Shown here in pieces: positions 61,477-64,000 of a stretch of DNA of 64,000 bases (its first letter is position 1; each line of letters opens with the position of its first letter). The stretch is from Candidatus Sulfomarinibacteraceae bacterium. Lineage in GTDB: Bacteria > Acidobacteriota > Thermoanaerobaculia > Thermoanaerobaculales > Sulfomarinibacteraceae. A model generated the notes under the pieces. The model worked only from the letters and a program-made list of their open reading frames with translations, searched no databases and had not been told where the DNA came from. The position numbers and the translations under genes are program-made. The stretch spans positions 32,001-96,000 of the forward strand of contig CAWCLO010000003.1 of assembly GCA_963796455.1 (NCBI GenBank). The letters are read 5' to 3'.

Positions 61477-63438
61477 ATGGGTGCTGATCCACAAACCGAA
61501 CGTTGGCACCTCTATCTCGCCGATCTTCAGGATCGACCGGACGCATCCTTCACCGAGCAGGAAGATCGATTCAACTCGATCTTCGACAATCGTGATCCGG
61601 CTCTACCGCCCCCACCCATCTGGATCCCCGACGCCGATCGACTGATCAACAGCAATCTCGGGCACCTGATGCAGGAACTCGGATTCGAGACCTACCGCGA
61701 GCTCCATAGCTGGTCGACCCGGCAGCGCGGCGATTTCTGGCGGCGCGCTGTGGACCGGCTCGGCATCATCTTCAGCCGACAACCGGAGCGGATCCTCGAT
61801 CACTCGGGGGGCACGACCCACCCGGTTTGGTTGCCCGGCGCTCAACTCAACATCGTCGACAGTTGTTTTCAGGCTGAAGGTGACAGGGTCGCAGTCGCGC
61901 TGGGAGGAGAAGGAAGCGACGGCATCCAAACCCACACCTACGGTGAACTCGAGACCCTCGTCAATCGAATCGCCAACGGACTTCTGAAACACGGATTCGC
62001 GGCAGGGGACGCGATTGCACTTTACATGCCGATGAATCTGGAATGCGTGGCCGCCTATCTGGCGATCATCCGGTCGGGCTGCGTCGTCGTTTCTATCGCC
62101 GACAGTTTTGCGCCACCCGAAGTCTCCCGAAGGCTCGAGATCGCCGCGGCGGTCGGAGTGATCACGGTCGACAACTTCAGCCGCGGCGGCAGGACGATTT
62201 CGTTGTATGACAAGGTCCGGGCCGCCGGCGCTCCAAGGACCGTCGTGATCCAGGCAGGCGGCGGGGCCGCCATTGACCTGCGCGACGGAGATCTCCTGTG
62301 GCGGGACCTGCTGAGCGACGATCCCAGCTTCGAGAGTGTGCCGGCTCCTCCCACCGGCATCACCAATGTGTTGTTTTCATCAGGGACCACCGGCGATCCC
62401 AAGGCCATACCCTGGACCCAGCTCACGCCCATCAAATGTGCGGTGGACGGCCACTTCCACCAGGACATCCACCCTGGAAACGTGCTTGCTTGGCCGACCA
62501 ACATCGGTTGGATGATGGGGCCTTGGCTGATCTACGCGGCGCTCATCAACCGCGCTTGTATCGCGCTCTTCGAGGGCCTTCCCACGGGTCGCGATTTCAC
62601 CGAATTTGTTCAAAATGCCGGGGTGACGATGCTCGGTGTCGTGCCCTCATTGGTTCGCGCCTGGCGCGAATCGGGGGCCTGCGAGGGCACGGACTGGACC
62701 GGCATCCGCGTCTTCAGTTCCACCGGCGAACCTTCAAACCGTGTCGACTCTCTGTGGTTGATGAGCCGGGCCGGCTATCAGGCTCCGATCATCGAGTACT
62801 GCGGGGGAACCGAGATTGGCGGCGGCCATCTCACCGGCACCGTCGTGCAACCGGCATCGCCGGCCGCATTTTCGACTCCGGCACTAGGACTCGATCTGGT
62901 CGTGCTCGACGACAACGGACAGATAGTGGAAGTAGGTTCCGAAGGCGAGGTCTTTTTGGTGCCTCCGTCGATCGGGTTGTCGCAGAGCTTGCTCAACCGC
63001 GATCACGATTCGATCTACTACGCCGACTGCCCCACCGGTCTCCAGGGAGAGGCTCTTCGCCGCCACGGAGACCAGGTCGCACGTCTGCCCGGCGGCTATT
63101 TCCGGGCGCAGGGCCGTGCGGATGACACCATGAATCTCGGCGGAATCAAGGTCTCATCACTCGAACTCGAGCGGGTCGTGGAACAACACCCCGCGGTCTT
63201 CGAGGCGGCGGCGGTAGCGGTCCAGCCCGATGGCGAGGGAGCGGAGGCACTGGTGATCTTTGTAGTTCTCTCCGCCGCAACGGACGCTGACGATCTCCAG
63301 CGGGATCTCGGCAGGGCCATCACCAAGGAGCTCAATCCATTGTTCAAGATCCACGATCTGGTGGTGGTGGAATCCCTCCCCAGGACGGCTTCGAACAAGT
63401 TGATGCGGCGCTTGCTGAGAAAACAGTATGCTCGTTGA
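61477..63438 (+). CDS. AMP-binding acyl-CoA synthetase (acetyl-CoA synthetase-like)
   Basis: FSSGTTGDPK, YCGGTEIGG, GRADD, PRTASNKLMRR. Confidence 0.9.
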   Translation: MGADPQTERWHLYLADLQDRPDASFTEQEDRFNSIFDNRDPALPPPPIWIPDADRLINSNLGHLMQELGFETYRELHSWSTRQRGDFWRRAVDRLGIIFSRQPERILDHSGGTTHPVWLPGAQLNIVDSCFQAEGDRVAVALGGEGSDGIQTHTYGELETLVNRIANGLLKHGFAAGDAIALYMPMNLECVAAYLAIIRSGCVVVSIADSFAPPEVSRRLEIAAAVGVITVDNFSRGGRTISLYDKVRAAGAPRTVVIQAGGGAAIDLRDGDLLWRDLLSDDPSFESVPAPPTGITNVLFSSGTTGDPKAIPWTQLTPIKCAVDGHFHQDIHPGNVLAWPTNIGWMMGPWLIYAALINRACIALFEGLPTGRDFTEFVQNAGVTMLGVVPSLVRAWRESGACEGTDWTGIRVFSSTGEPSNRVDSLWLMSRAGYQAPIIEYCGGTEIGGGHLTGTVVQPASPAAFSTPALGLDLVVLDDNGQIVEVGSEGEVFLVPPSIGLSQSLLNRDHDSIYYADCPTGLQGEALRRHGDQVARLPGGYFRAQGRADDTMNLGGIKVSSLELERVVEQHPAVFEAAAVAVQPDGEGAEALVIFVVLSAATDADDLQRDLGRAITKELNPLFKIHDLVVVESLPRTASNKLMRRLLRKQYAR

Positions 63439-63489
63439 TTCCTTCCGGTTCGCAGCAAGGGAGCCCCAGTCAGCCGAATCTTGAGATTT

Positions 63490-63531
63490 CGCTCTCCCCT
63501 TCCCCCTTTCTCCCTTTCTCCATTTCTCTCA
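63490..63531. repeat. Octamer array (TTTCTCCC)n
   Basis: ctctccccttccccctttctccctttctccatttctc. Confidence 0.75.
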
Positions 63532-63562
63532 TTCGTGGCTCCTCCGGTGGTACTCTGTCGCC

Positions 63563-64000
63563 GTGCTGATCAACGACCTTCCGACACCCAGCGCGCTCGT
63601 CGATCTCGATCGGCTCGAGCACAACGCCTCACGGATCGCCGACAAGGCACGACGGCTCGGCGTGCGTCTCCGACCCCACGTCAAAACCCACAAAAGCGTC
63701 GAGGCCGCCCGCATCCAGACCGACCTCCACTTCGGCGGCGTCACAGTATCGACCATGGCCGAGGCGCGGGGCTTTGCCGCCGGGGGATTCTCCAACATCA
63801 CCTACGCGGTGCCGATCGCTCCGCAGAAAATCCTGGAGGCCGCGGATCTCCACGTCGAAATCGACGCCTTCAACATCCTGGTCGACAGTATCGACACGAC
63901 CCGCGCGATCGAGGAATTCACGAATTCGAATGAAATCATCCTGCCCGTCTATCTCGAGATCGACTGCGGCGGCGGGCGCACCGGTGTCGACCCCGTAAGC
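63563..64000 (+). CDS. DSD1-family PLP-dependent enzyme (alanine racemase fold), 3'-truncated; absent from the ORF track
   Basis: Manual translation from GTG 63563: MLINDLPTPSALVDLDRLEHN...LRPHVKTHK...VSTMAEA...YLEIDCGGGRTGV. Confidence 0.88.
   Translation, partial: MLINDLPTPSALVDLDRLEHNASRIADKARRLGVRLRPHVKTHKSVEAARIQTDLHFGGVTVSTMAEARGFAAGGFSNITYAVPIAPQKILEAADLHVEIDAFNILVDSIDTTRAIEEFTNSNEIILPVYLEIDCGGGRTGVDPVS

Overview
GC-rich bacterial chromosomal window with about 50 genes and no rRNA, tRNA, CRISPR array, transposase, integrase or reverse transcriptase. Gene content suggests an anaerobic or facultative Acidobacteriota, probably Thermoanaerobaculia-like; this is inference, mainly from the C-terminal domain on the first cytochrome. 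Main loci: a partial multiheme cytochrome (at least 9 hemes); an mtrC-mtrA-mtrB-like porin-cytochrome cluster (17.5-22.5 kb); FadL plus a GDSL lipase; lon; an Rrf2-sufBCDSU-sufT operon; a two-component system divergent from a B12 radical SAM gene; a hemerythrin/TorD-like/hemerythrin unit behind an FNR-type box; and epmB-efp-epmA. At least eight frameshifts interrupt otherwise intact genes and are most likely read or assembly errors. The most unusual signal is intergenic: five copies of one modular element (about 4273-5139, 11421-11755, 25141-25443, 49241-49476, 59030-59735) built from a 21-bp terminal motif, CAGCGN hexamer arms and a variable centre. The centre is a four-helix-bundle (IVS/Avd-like) gene whose RBS sits in a long hairpin with a compensatory base pair (2 copies), a REP doublet (2 copies), or nothing (1 copy). 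Many other spacers carry 6-, 7- or 8-mer tandem arrays or REP-like palindromes, and at least six genes look leaderless (-10 hexamer exactly 6 nt before the start codon).
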